Shown here: piece after piece, positions 37,978 through 46,800 of the stretch
Layout: every line of letters begins with the position of its first letter
Position numbering within the stretch: position 1 is the first letter of the stretch
Origin: Candidatus Obscuribacteraceae bacterium
Lineage (GTDB): Bacteria > Cyanobacteriota > Vampirovibrionia > Obscuribacterales > Obscuribacteraceae
NCBI GenBank assembly: GCA_044229845.1
Contig: JBGASG010000002.1
Location: 320,001 to 384,000 of the forward strand
Direction: 5' to 3'
Length of the DNA stretch: 64,000 nucleotides
Notes under the pieces: generated by a model
The model's input: only the letters and a program-made list of their open reading frames with translations
Told to the model about the DNA's origin: nothing
Database searches by the model: none
Position numbers and translations under genes: made by a program

Positions 37978-39138
37978 ATGCAAAGACGCGATTCAAAATC
38001 GCAGCCTCAATATAGTCTCGACGAATATTTAAGTCGACTACTGCACTCAAACGTAATCGGCATCGTCAGTAGTGACATCTTCGGACATGTGTACGATGCG
38101 AATGAAGCGTACTTGAAGATCATCGGCTACACGCGACAGGAGTTGCAGGACGGCGCGATTCGCTGGGACGCTCTGACGCCGCCGGAGTTTCATGAATGCA
38201 GTCAGATGGCAGTTGAGCAGTTGAAACACAAAGGATTCGCACTGCCTTTTCAAAAGGAATACATCCATAAACTGGGACACCGGGTGCCGGTGACGGTGGG
38301 CATGACCGCGCTAGATCCGGCCGGGCATCACTGTCTCGGATATGTCATCGATCACTCCGAACACCGCCAGGTGCAAAATCGTTTGCGCGATTCGGAGCAG
38401 AAGTTTCAGATGCTGACCGAAGCGATTCCACAACTGGTATGGACGGCCGGCGACTTCGGCAAGTGTGAGTACGGAAACAAGCGTTACCTCGAGTACACAG
38501 GCATCGATCCGACAGCCGACGAAGGACTGGCGTGGAAGAGATTTGTGCATCCGGATGATCTGCCTTATCTGGAAGAACGCGCGGATGCTTCACCGAACGA
38601 GAACACCTTTGAGGGCGAAATGCGCTTCCGAACCACCGATGGTGCCTACCGGTGGCAACTGGTGCGCGGCGAGAAATTTCGCATGACCGACGGCAGTCTC
38701 AAATGGATAGGCACTTGCACCGACATCGAAGATCAAAAACGCATCGAAGGCAGTTTGCTGGAGGCGATGGCGCGTTTCAGCACGCTCGCTGAAGCGATTC
38801 CGCAGATTGTCTGGACCGCCGGCAGCGACGGCCGAATTTCGTTCTTCAATCAACGCTTCTATGAGTACAGCGGTCTATCCGCGGAACAGAGCCTGGCGGG
38901 CGGCTGGCGCCTTTTGATTCACAAGGACGATTTAAAAGATTACTTCGCCGGCTGGGAGAAAGCTCTGGAAAGCGGCGATACTTTCGAGTGCCGGTTTCGG
39001 TTGAAGCGGGCGGTTGGCGTCCGGGCCGCCGGTGATGGTTATCGCTGGCATCTCTGCCGCGCGGTGGCATCACAGCATCCGCTCGGCACCATCAATGAAT
39101 GGTTCGGCACCTGGACAGATATTCAGGATCAGGATTAG
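37978..39138 (+). CDS. PAS-PAS-PAS protein 3 (no output domain)
   Basis: Collinear paralogue ending WFGTWTDIQDQD. Confidence 0.88.
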   Translation: MQRRDSKSQPQYSLDEYLSRLLHSNVIGIVSSDIFGHVYDANEAYLKIIGYTRQELQDGAIRWDALTPPEFHECSQMAVEQLKHKGFALPFQKEYIHKLGHRVPVTVGMTALDPAGHHCLGYVIDHSEHRQVQNRLRDSEQKFQMLTEAIPQLVWTAGDFGKCEYGNKRYLEYTGIDPTADEGLAWKRFVHPDDLPYLEERADASPNENTFEGEMRFRTTDGAYRWQLVRGEKFRMTDGSLKWIGTCTDIEDQKRIEGSLLEAMARFSTLAEAIPQIVWTAGSDGRISFFNQRFYEYSGLSAEQSLAGGWRLLIHKDDLKDYFAGWEKALESGDTFECRFRLKRAVGVRAAGDGYRWHLCRAVASQHPLGTINEWFGTWTDIQDQD

Positions 39139-40964
39139 TCAGCTGACGGATCGCGAAACTGTTTCTTATAGAGAGCCGCATAAGCGGCACCGCGTTGCAG
39201 AAGCTCGGCGTGAGTTCCCTGCTCCACGACCTTTCCTTTATCGACCACGAAAATCACGTCCGCCGAGAGCACGGTCGACAGCCGGTGCGCAATCACCAGC
39301 GAAGTGCGTCCCACCATGAGCGGAACCAGAGCCTCCTGAATCAGCATTTCGTTATGCGAGTCGAGCGAACTGGTTGCTTCATCGAGGATGAGAATCTTGG
39401 GATTCTTGAGAAGCACGCGCGCGATGGCAATGCGCTGCCGTTCGCCGCCGCTCAGTTTGTGCCCGCGCTCGCCGACCACGGTATCATAGCCTTCCGGCAG
39501 CGAGGTAATGAACTCGTGGATGTTGGCCGCGCGCGCCGCCCACTCGACTTCCTCGTTGGTGGCGTCGATTCTCCCGTATCGCAGATTGTTGGCAATCGTG
39601 TCATGAAACAGATAAGTTTCTTGCATGACAATCCCGATATGGTCTCGCAATGACGTGAGCCTAACGTCACGCACATCGAAGTCGTCGACAGTCACGCGAC
39701 CTTCCTGAGGATCGTAAAACCGGGGCACCAGATTTGTAATTGTAGTTTTGCCGGCACCGGACTCGCCGACGAACGCGGCTACTTGCCCCGGCTTGATTGT
39801 GAACGAGACACCATCGAGCGCGACGCGTCCGTTAGGGTAGGCGAACTGCACCTCATCAAACCGCACTTCACCGGATATGGTGCCGAGTTCGACCGCCTCA
39901 GGTGAATCGGGAGCTTCTTCCTTCATGTCGAGATACTCGAAGATGCGCTCGAAGACGGCCAGCGCCCCGACCACCTGAATCTGCACTCCAGCCAGAGCTG
40001 ACACCGGCGTGTAGAGTCGGCTGATCAGGGCGACAAAAGAAACAACCGTGCCGATCGTAATCTGTTCGTGCACAGCCAACCAGCCCCCGTACAACCAGAT
40101 GGTGGCGGGTCCGATGGTTACCATGGCTGTGATAAACATAAGAAACCAGCGCCCGACCATGCCCAGGCGAATCTCCAGTTCCATAAGTTCGTTACTGGCT
40201 TTTTGAAACCGTTCCCGTTCGTACTTCTCTCGCACGAATGATTTGACCAGCGTGATGCCGGAAATCGAAAGCGTCTCCTGCATGAGACTGTGCACCTCAT
40301 CGGACTTCTCGCGCACGCCTTTTCTCAACGTGTACATGCGTCGCCCGATCGGCCAGAAAGGCAGCACCATAAGCGGTATCACAATCAAAGCCACCAGAGA
40401 CAACCGCCAATCGAGAAAAAAGATTGTCGCCAGCGTAGTGATAATGGTGACGATGTTGCTCAAGATCGATATCAGAGTGCCCGTGACCAAACCGTCGATG
40501 GAATCGACATCACTGGAGATGCGATTCAAAATCTCGCCGGTCTTGGTGCTGGTGAAGAAATCCAGGGGCATGCGATGGACACGCGCGATCAGCTCGGCCC
40601 TGATGTCGCGAATGATGCTCTCGCCGACGAACGCGTTCAAATAGCCCTGATAGACGCCCACCAGAGACGCCAGCAACGCCGATGCCACCATGCCACCAAC
40701 GCACAGACAGACCCCCGCGAAGTCCTTACCCGGAATCGCTTTGTCGATCAGCCACATCGTGCACAAGGGTGGCAACAGTCCCAGCGTCGACATAAGCAAT
40801 ACAGCCAGCGCAACCAGCGCTTCCTGCTTCCAATAGGGTGCAAACAGTCTGCCCAACCTGGCCCAATCGGTCGGACGTTTCACTTGGGGCCGATTGGGGT
40901 CGAACACATTCGACCACATCAAATGATATGGAGGTATTCCACTGCCGCTAAACATGGCGGTCAC
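39135..40964 (-). CDS. ABC exporter, fused permease/ATPase (MsbA/MdlB-like)
   Basis: 6-TM domain, GESGAGKT, LSGGERQR, LILDEATS, IAHRLST. Confidence 0.95.
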   Translation of the reverse strand: MTAMFSGSGIPPYHLMWSNVFDPNRPQVKRPTDWARLGRLFAPYWKQEALVALAVLLMSTLGLLPPLCTMWLIDKAIPGKDFAGVCLCVGGMVASALLASLVGVYQGYLNAFVGESIIRDIRAELIARVHRMPLDFFTSTKTGEILNRISSDVDSIDGLVTGTLISILSNIVTIITTLATIFFLDWRLSLVALIVIPLMVLPFWPIGRRMYTLRKGVREKSDEVHSLMQETLSISGITLVKSFVREKYERERFQKASNELMELEIRLGMVGRWFLMFITAMVTIGPATIWLYGGWLAVHEQITIGTVVSFVALISRLYTPVSALAGVQIQVVGALAVFERIFEYLDMKEEAPDSPEAVELGTISGEVRFDEVQFAYPNGRVALDGVSFTIKPGQVAAFVGESGAGKTTITNLVPRFYDPQEGRVTVDDFDVRDVRLTSLRDHIGIVMQETYLFHDTIANNLRYGRIDATNEEVEWAARAANIHEFITSLPEGYDTVVGERGHKLSGGERQRIAIARVLLKNPKILILDEATSSLDSHNEMLIQEALVPLMVGRTSLVIAHRLSTVLSADVIFVVDKGKVVEQGTHAELLQRGAAYAALYKKQFRDPSAD

Positions 40965-41025
40965 CGGAACAGGTTGTTTCGTTCATAGCCTTGGTTTCAT
41001 GTACAGCTGTTTCATCCATGCAGCA

Positions 41026-41120
41026 AGATTGTAGCGAGATTGTAGCGGTCGGCACTCTTGCGTTACCGCTATTCCCGCTCTATTTCAGGCTATTTCCGCG
41101 CTATTTCCGCGCTATTTAGG
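41026..41120. repeat. Phased 10-11-bp direct repeats
   Basis: AGATTGTAGCG x2 (41026-41047) and CTATTTCCGCG-like x5 (41069-41120). Confidence 0.7.
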
Positions 41121-41155
41121 CTCGGGACGCTATCAATTCAATTGCAAGGCGTTCA

Positions 41156-42259
41156 CTAACGTCCGAGCAAGCTGTTCAGTCCGTTCAAAAGAGTTTGCGG
41201 ATTTCCAGTCGACATGCCAGGCAACATCGGCAGTCCGCCCATGCCTGGCATTCCCATACCTGGCATGCCCATCCCCGGCATCATGCCCGGATAGCCGCCC
41301 ATGCCCATGCCCGGATAGCCGCCCATGCCCATGCCTGGATAGCCGCCCATGCCCATGCCTGGATAGCCACCCATGCCCATGCCTGGATAGCCCATGCCCA
41401 TGCCCGGATAGCCCATGCCACCCATGCCGCTCATCTGGCTCTGCTGCATCATCGCCGCCATTGGATTTTTCTGATAGGCTCGCTGAGCCGATTTCTGAGC
41501 GATTGTCTGCATAGCCACACCCGCAGCAATCGGCAACGCCACTCCTACCAGTGCTTTGCCGGCTTTCCCAAGAATTCCGCTACCGCCGCCGCCTCCACCA
41601 TCTTGCTCCACTGGAACCGGCTGCAGCGAGCTTCCACTACCACTACTGCCACCTTGCTGCTGGTCAATCTGGTCGAAGTAACTGTTGGCGCTGGCTGCTA
41701 GATTGTTTGGATTCGAATTCGCTGGTGGCTGAGCCGGCGCCGCTCCGAAAGCTCCCTGCTGCGGAGCACCATACTGTTGTGGAGGCGCACCATAAGAGGG
41801 AGGAGCAGCCCCATATGACGGAGGCGCACCATATGCCGGTGGTCCGCCCGCACCATACTGCGGAAGCCCAGACTCGGTCGCATACCCAAACAAGGTGCCG
41901 TCATTAGCTGGCGGCGCGCTTTGCTGAAACGCGCTCGGCTGACCCTGAGCTGGCGCCTGTGTGTAGCCAGGGGGCGCCTGTCCATAAGCCGGCGGTGCCT
42001 GTCCATAAGCCGGCGGTGCCTGTCCATATGCTGGCGGCGCCTGTCCATATGCTGGCGGCGCCTGTCCATATGCTGGCGGCGCCTGTCCATATGCTGGCGG
42101 CGCTTGTCCATATGCTGGCGGCGCTTGTCCATAGCCAGCTGACGCCTGTTCGTAGCCAGGCTGAGCAGGAAACTGCGCATCCTGCGCCCAAACTGCCGTC
42201 GACGGGATGAAAAACCCCGCCACGATAAGAATCGCTGCGCGCCGGACCCAATTGAACAT
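41156..42259 (-). CDS. Secreted low-complexity Gly/Pro/Gln/Tyr/Met repeat protein
   Basis: Signal peptide (AVWA-QD), YGQAPPA x8, GGYPGMGM repeats; start ATG 42259. Confidence 0.8.
   Translation of the reverse strand: MFNWVRRAAILIVAGFFIPSTAVWAQDAQFPAQPGYEQASAGYGQAPPAYGQAPPAYGQAPPAYGQAPPAYGQAPPAYGQAPPAYGQAPPAYGQAPPGYTQAPAQGQPSAFQQSAPPANDGTLFGYATESGLPQYGAGGPPAYGAPPSYGAAPPSYGAPPQQYGAPQQGAFGAAPAQPPANSNPNNLAASANSYFDQIDQQQGGSSGSGSSLQPVPVEQDGGGGGGSGILGKAGKALVGVALPIAAGVAMQTIAQKSAQRAYQKNPMAAMMQQSQMSGMGGMGYPGMGMGYPGMGMGGYPGMGMGGYPGMGMGGYPGMGMGGYPGMMPGMGMPGMGMPGMGGLPMLPGMSTGNPQTLLNGLNSLLGR
41966..42133 (-). repeat. 21-bp coding tandem repeat x8 (YGQAPPA)
   Basis: TCCATA recurs every 21 bp from 41981 to 42128. 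Confidence 0.95.
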
Positions 42260-42290
42260 GTAGTAAGGGCTCAAAAAACCGTACAGTTTA

Positions 42291-42318
42291 ACTATATATT
42301 GACGGCGAGGGATGTCAA
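42291..42318 (-). promoter_or_regulatory. Sigma70-like promoter for the repeat protein
   Basis: TTGACA-16 bp-TATAGT on the minus strand, about 30 bp upstream of ATG 42259. Confidence 0.5.
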
Positions 42319-42392
42319 TAGAGTATTCAATCCAGAACACCCGTTTGTTAATTCCCAATTCTAGCCCTCATGCACCCCCCAAAAAAAATCTG

Positions 42393-42468
42393 AAGTGATA
42401 TCGCTTTGAGTCGAAACTGAAGCGATATCGCTTCAGCTCTGGCGGAAATCGGGAAGTGATATCACTTC
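42393..42468. repeat. Cluster of 3 AAGYGATATCRCTT palindromes (family locus 2)
   Basis: AAGTGATATCGCTT 42393; CTGAAGCGATATCGCTTCAG 42417-42436 (perfect 20-mer); GAAGTGATATCACTTC 42453-42468. Confidence 0.9.
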
Positions 42469-42672
42469 AGTTCTGACGGTAGTCATGCGCTGAGGTGTCC
42501 GCAAACACGCTGCGTGCAATTTTCATCCTAAATTCGAGTATGGCGAAGTGGTCAGCATAGTGCATCGAATTCGCAAGGTATAGCTCGAAACAGCCGGCTG
42601 ATGTGATGCAGGGCGCGTGACACCGCATATGGTATCGATATCCACGCCAGCAACCTGGTGGCATTGCACACT

Positions 42673-43614
42673 TCAGGCGGCTCGCTGATCACGGTCGCCA
42701 TCGCGCTCGACCAGGGAGGCGTTGGCGTGAGCAAAGTGGTTCACCAGCCTCAGTTCACAAAATGGCGCCGGCAAATTTGATGGATCTCGCTTGCAGAGTT
42801 TCGTGACGATAATCTGCATCCAACCCATCAAGACACTGAGCCCCCGGTGATCTTGGCGGCGACTTTGCAGCATCAGATGTTCTGCGTTGCCGATATAGAC
42901 GAGCTCCTTTTCAGGCGTAGCCAGCCGTTCGAATAAACTCAGCGTGTCCCGGGGAACGAAGAGGCGATCGCCATATCCTTGCAACACCAGGATTGGTGTT
43001 CTGAGAAGCATGCGCGCACTACGTTCGTTGTCGTTGAGCAGGTTACGCACAGCAATCAGATCTCGCACGTACACCTCCTTGCATGCCAGATGATCATCCA
43101 ACCACAGCTGGCGTAGTTCTTCGTCGGGTTCCGCTCGTTCTATAAGTGCCTTGATCAAGCTGACGCGACGATCAGGCGCCAGATAGTGTTTTAACCAGAG
43201 TTCCCAGTGATTGAAGAAGTGACGGTTGGAATCGATCGCGGGGCTGCTCATGATCAGCCCATCTACCAGATGGGCGTTCTGCGATGCGCATTTGAGCGCT
43301 ATGGCGCCACCCAGAGATTCACCCGCCAGAAACAGAGGCAAGGAAGGATAGAGATTGCGTATTTCGGTCAGCGCTGCTTTCAAGTCAGCCAGGCAACCGC
43401 TGATATCCAGCGAGTGGTTTCCCCAGCTACGCCAGCAACCCAGACCACGAATGTCGATCGCCAGCACTGCAAAACCGTTGTACGAGAGAGTTGTTCCGAG
43501 ATGGTGATAGCAGCCGCCATGTAAGCCTAAGCCATGCACACAAATCACCACCGCCTTGGGATCGCCTTTCGGCAGCCAGATATGGTGAATGTCGGCGCTG
43601 ATCAGTTGCTGCAT
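42673..43614 (-). CDS. Alpha/beta hydrolase (Hydrolase_4/lysophospholipase-like)
   Basis: VHGLGLH, DIRGLG, GESLGG, GYGD, AEHL; probable start ATG 43614 (AAGGA RBS). Confidence 0.85.
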   Translation of the reverse strand: MQQLISADIHHIWLPKGDPKAVVICVHGLGLHGGCYHHLGTTLSYNGFAVLAIDIRGLGCWRSWGNHSLDISGCLADLKAALTEIRNLYPSLPLFLAGESLGGAIALKCASQNAHLVDGLIMSSPAIDSNRHFFNHWELWLKHYLAPDRRVSLIKALIERAEPDEELRQLWLDDHLACKEVYVRDLIAVRNLLNDNERSARMLLRTPILVLQGYGDRLFVPRDTLSLFERLATPEKELVYIGNAEHLMLQSRRQDHRGLSVLMGWMQIIVTKLCKRDPSNLPAPFCELRLVNHFAHANASLVERDGDRDQRAA

Positions 43615-43846
43615 ATGCTGCCGTTTCCTTTGAAAGGCTGATGGTGCCAATTGTGCCGAGAGTCGGAGATTATCAGTGACGACCGTTAATTTGAGCAGGT
43701 TCCTTGTGGCTTTCAACAAATTTGCCACAAATGAACCCTACTATCAATTCGGGCAACGCTATCTCCCCCTCTAGTTTTGCCTGCCAAAACCGCCACCTTT
43801 GCACCATCTTTTCTAAACCTGCCGATTGCAGGGGAGTTTCAATCGC

Positions 43847-46800
43847 ATGTCCGATCCCCCCGGAACAGATCCTTTTGAAGTTGTAGAAACTGAATCAGCA
43901 TGTGTTGAAGGTCAGACTCGCAGCACCGAAGGACAACGCGCCGCTGCTGAAGCAGAGGACAATTCAGCTGTTCAATGGAATTCCGGCGCTCAAAGAGCAC
44001 TGGCTCGCGTTCGCAGTGAGAGCGGAGCACACGCCGCCGTCATGGAAACGTTCGACGCAGGCAATGGTTTCTCACTCGAAGGTCTGCAGCAAGCGGGCAC
44101 ATTTTTGAAGAATCTCTGGGGCCGTGTGCGCGCTGCTGAGTCCGCACCGCTTCCGAGCGCAGATTCGCAGCATCCGACAGCCAGCGAGTCCGGAGACCCG
44201 AGTCCCCTCGGTCAGCCCGGGCAACCTGGTAGTGGCTCGCCAACTGCGCTGGCTCCGTTGGTTCCGCCTCCCGGCGGAAAAAACAAATCGGTGGGAGCGG
44301 TGAACGAAGGTGGTGCCAGCGACTCTCCAGAAGACGGATTGCTGGGCGGCGTCAAGAATTTGTTTGGTGGGGCATTCAACTCGGGTTACTCGGGTTGGTT
44401 CGTTCCGAGAGGGCTCCAGCCCAGCGGTTACAGCGGCCACGACAACCACGTAAATGACAATCATGGGAACGGCAATCAGGGGAACGGCAACCAATTTAGC
44501 GATATCGGCGATGGCACCCCAGTCATGCCTCCAGTGCCTGGCGGGAAGAAACACTCCTCGAATTCCGGCACATCCGGTGCCACCACCGATGATACTCAGC
44601 TGCCCTCCGCCGCAGCGACCGCGCTTCCGCTAGACGGATTGTTTACAGAGTTTATCCAGAGGACATTTCGAGGCGGCGCAGTGCACCCTCAGAATGGCGC
44701 ACATGACACTGGTTCGAACGGTGAAGTTGATAACGGACTGAAGGTTTCGAAGCCGGCGAAATCGCCGCTGCCGACCGCCGGTGATTTCGTCGAGGTCGCG
44801 ACGGCCGGCACGGTTGGAGCTGCGGGCACGACAGGCACCATGGCACCCGGCGATGACAAGAATCGCACCACATACACTACCAGCTGGCAGAATATTTTAA
44901 AGACGTTCGGATTCGATTTCACGGAGCCCCAGCCAGAGTCAGGCGGACTCTCTGCGCAACCGATCAAGAAACCCAACAGCCCAACGCCCCTCAACAATGA
45001 CGGCGCACCGGGAACGGTCGGCGGAGTTCCCGGTGTTCCGGGCGGCGCTCCCGGTGATCAGGGTACCACTAATGTCGTGCTGCCTCTGTCCGGAAAACAC
45101 GGCGAACAGAACAAAGAGAACGGCGAGGAAGAAACGACCAAAGCATTGAAGTCGGCGTTCGCATTCGGCCAATCTACTTTGATGACGCTGCTCGGTGATT
45201 ACACTCCACCGTCCAAGCGTCAGGTAGATCCGCCCCCGTCCGGCGGCAGCATCAATAACACCGACGAAATCCAAAATGCCCAGACTCGACGCCACGAGAC
45301 CAACAGCAATTTGACACCAGGGGTCGCTTCGCCAGGAAAAACGGAAGTGGCTGCGGTAACAGCGCAACAATACGAAGACATAAAGCGCCAACTCGGCTTC
45401 TTCGGAACTTTTTTCCCGACCGCCGAAGAACTGAAGTTACCGGGCGGTGGTACCACGGTCACTAACGGCACGATTTCCCTCCCGGAACTCAAACGCATCG
45501 TCACGATGGGATCGGAGACACTACAGAGCGGCTTTCATGCCTCAGCCGACGCAGTGACGGCCGGAACGTCGGGATCAACAAGTGAGCAGCAGACGTTAGC
45601 GCTCAAGAAAATACCTAGCATTTTCAATGTGTTCACCAACGAGTTCGTCGTCGAGAATGGCGGTGGCACAGCAATCAGCGAACCGGTGAAAAAGGCGGGC
45701 GCGTTCATTTTGACCACCGCGAACGAACCATTCTTTAAGGATGACCCCAACCTCAGCAACCTCGGGCAGCGCCCGGCATTAGTCAAGCAAGAGAATGTCA
45801 ACGAACCAGCCGAGTTGCACCGCCTGCCGCTTGCTGCCGCGCTGGCGTCGGCTGTCACCGACACCGCCGCGGATCTGACGCTGAACGCCAGACCGCTGAA
45901 GATGGTCGAAACTGCGCTTCTGGACGCCGGCAGATTTCAATCGGCGTTGCTGCGCAACAGTGCGGCAGAAACCGAAGCAATCGCCGCGCTTAAGGTAAGC
46001 ACTGTCGAGCGATTGCAGTCGAGCTGTGCTGATGTTTCGTCCGATGTACGCGTGGCCGCGCCTGATGTCCGCGTGGCTGCCTCTGCAAACGAGAAATTGG
46101 ATAACCCAGCGCCCGATGCACCACGCGTGCTCATGGCTGGATTCACCTCGAAACCCATTGGTACAGAGGATCAAACCGCTTCCGGAGCGTTGAGAATTCC
46201 GCCTCTCGGATCGATGTTGTCGATAGCCGGTCTTGCCCGCGAATCGATGGACGCCAACGCATCGTTATTGCTTGGCAAACTCAGCGACCAGGGGTCATTG
46301 AACGGCAAACTACCACTGGGCGAAATGATCGGGGTGGGCAAAGTTTCCACAAATATCGGTGCCACCGACGGCATCGGAAAACTGCCGCCAGGCATAGCAG
46401 CTGCCGACGGCAAACTCGCTCAATCTGGGGAGTTCGGCAAAACTATGCTGGCCGAGATCACCCGATTGGCGCAACTGATTGAAGCCGGCAAGAACGGCAG
46501 CCTGATCTCTGCCGGGGGACGATTCCCAGGCATGATCGACATCGGCAAACCGGGTGAGAACATCGTCATACCAGGCCTGGAAGGACGCATCGGTCGCGGC
46601 GCAGTAAATGTCAGTGTCGGGGTCGGAGCCGAGGTTCTGGGAGACCGCGGTGCTCGTTTTGTGGCTACGGATATAGCGAACAAGGGCATCGGAATTGTCA
46701 TCGCCAGCGGCATCGAAACCACGCTCGCAGGAGATCGAATTGGTCTGATCATCGGCAAAGGCGAACGAATCCCCTTCACCGAAGTGATCAGTATTCGTCC

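Noticed and set aside
41966..42133. 21-bp repeats as CRISPR or iterons
   Set aside because: Contiguous with no spacers, and in-frame coding with synonymous variation.
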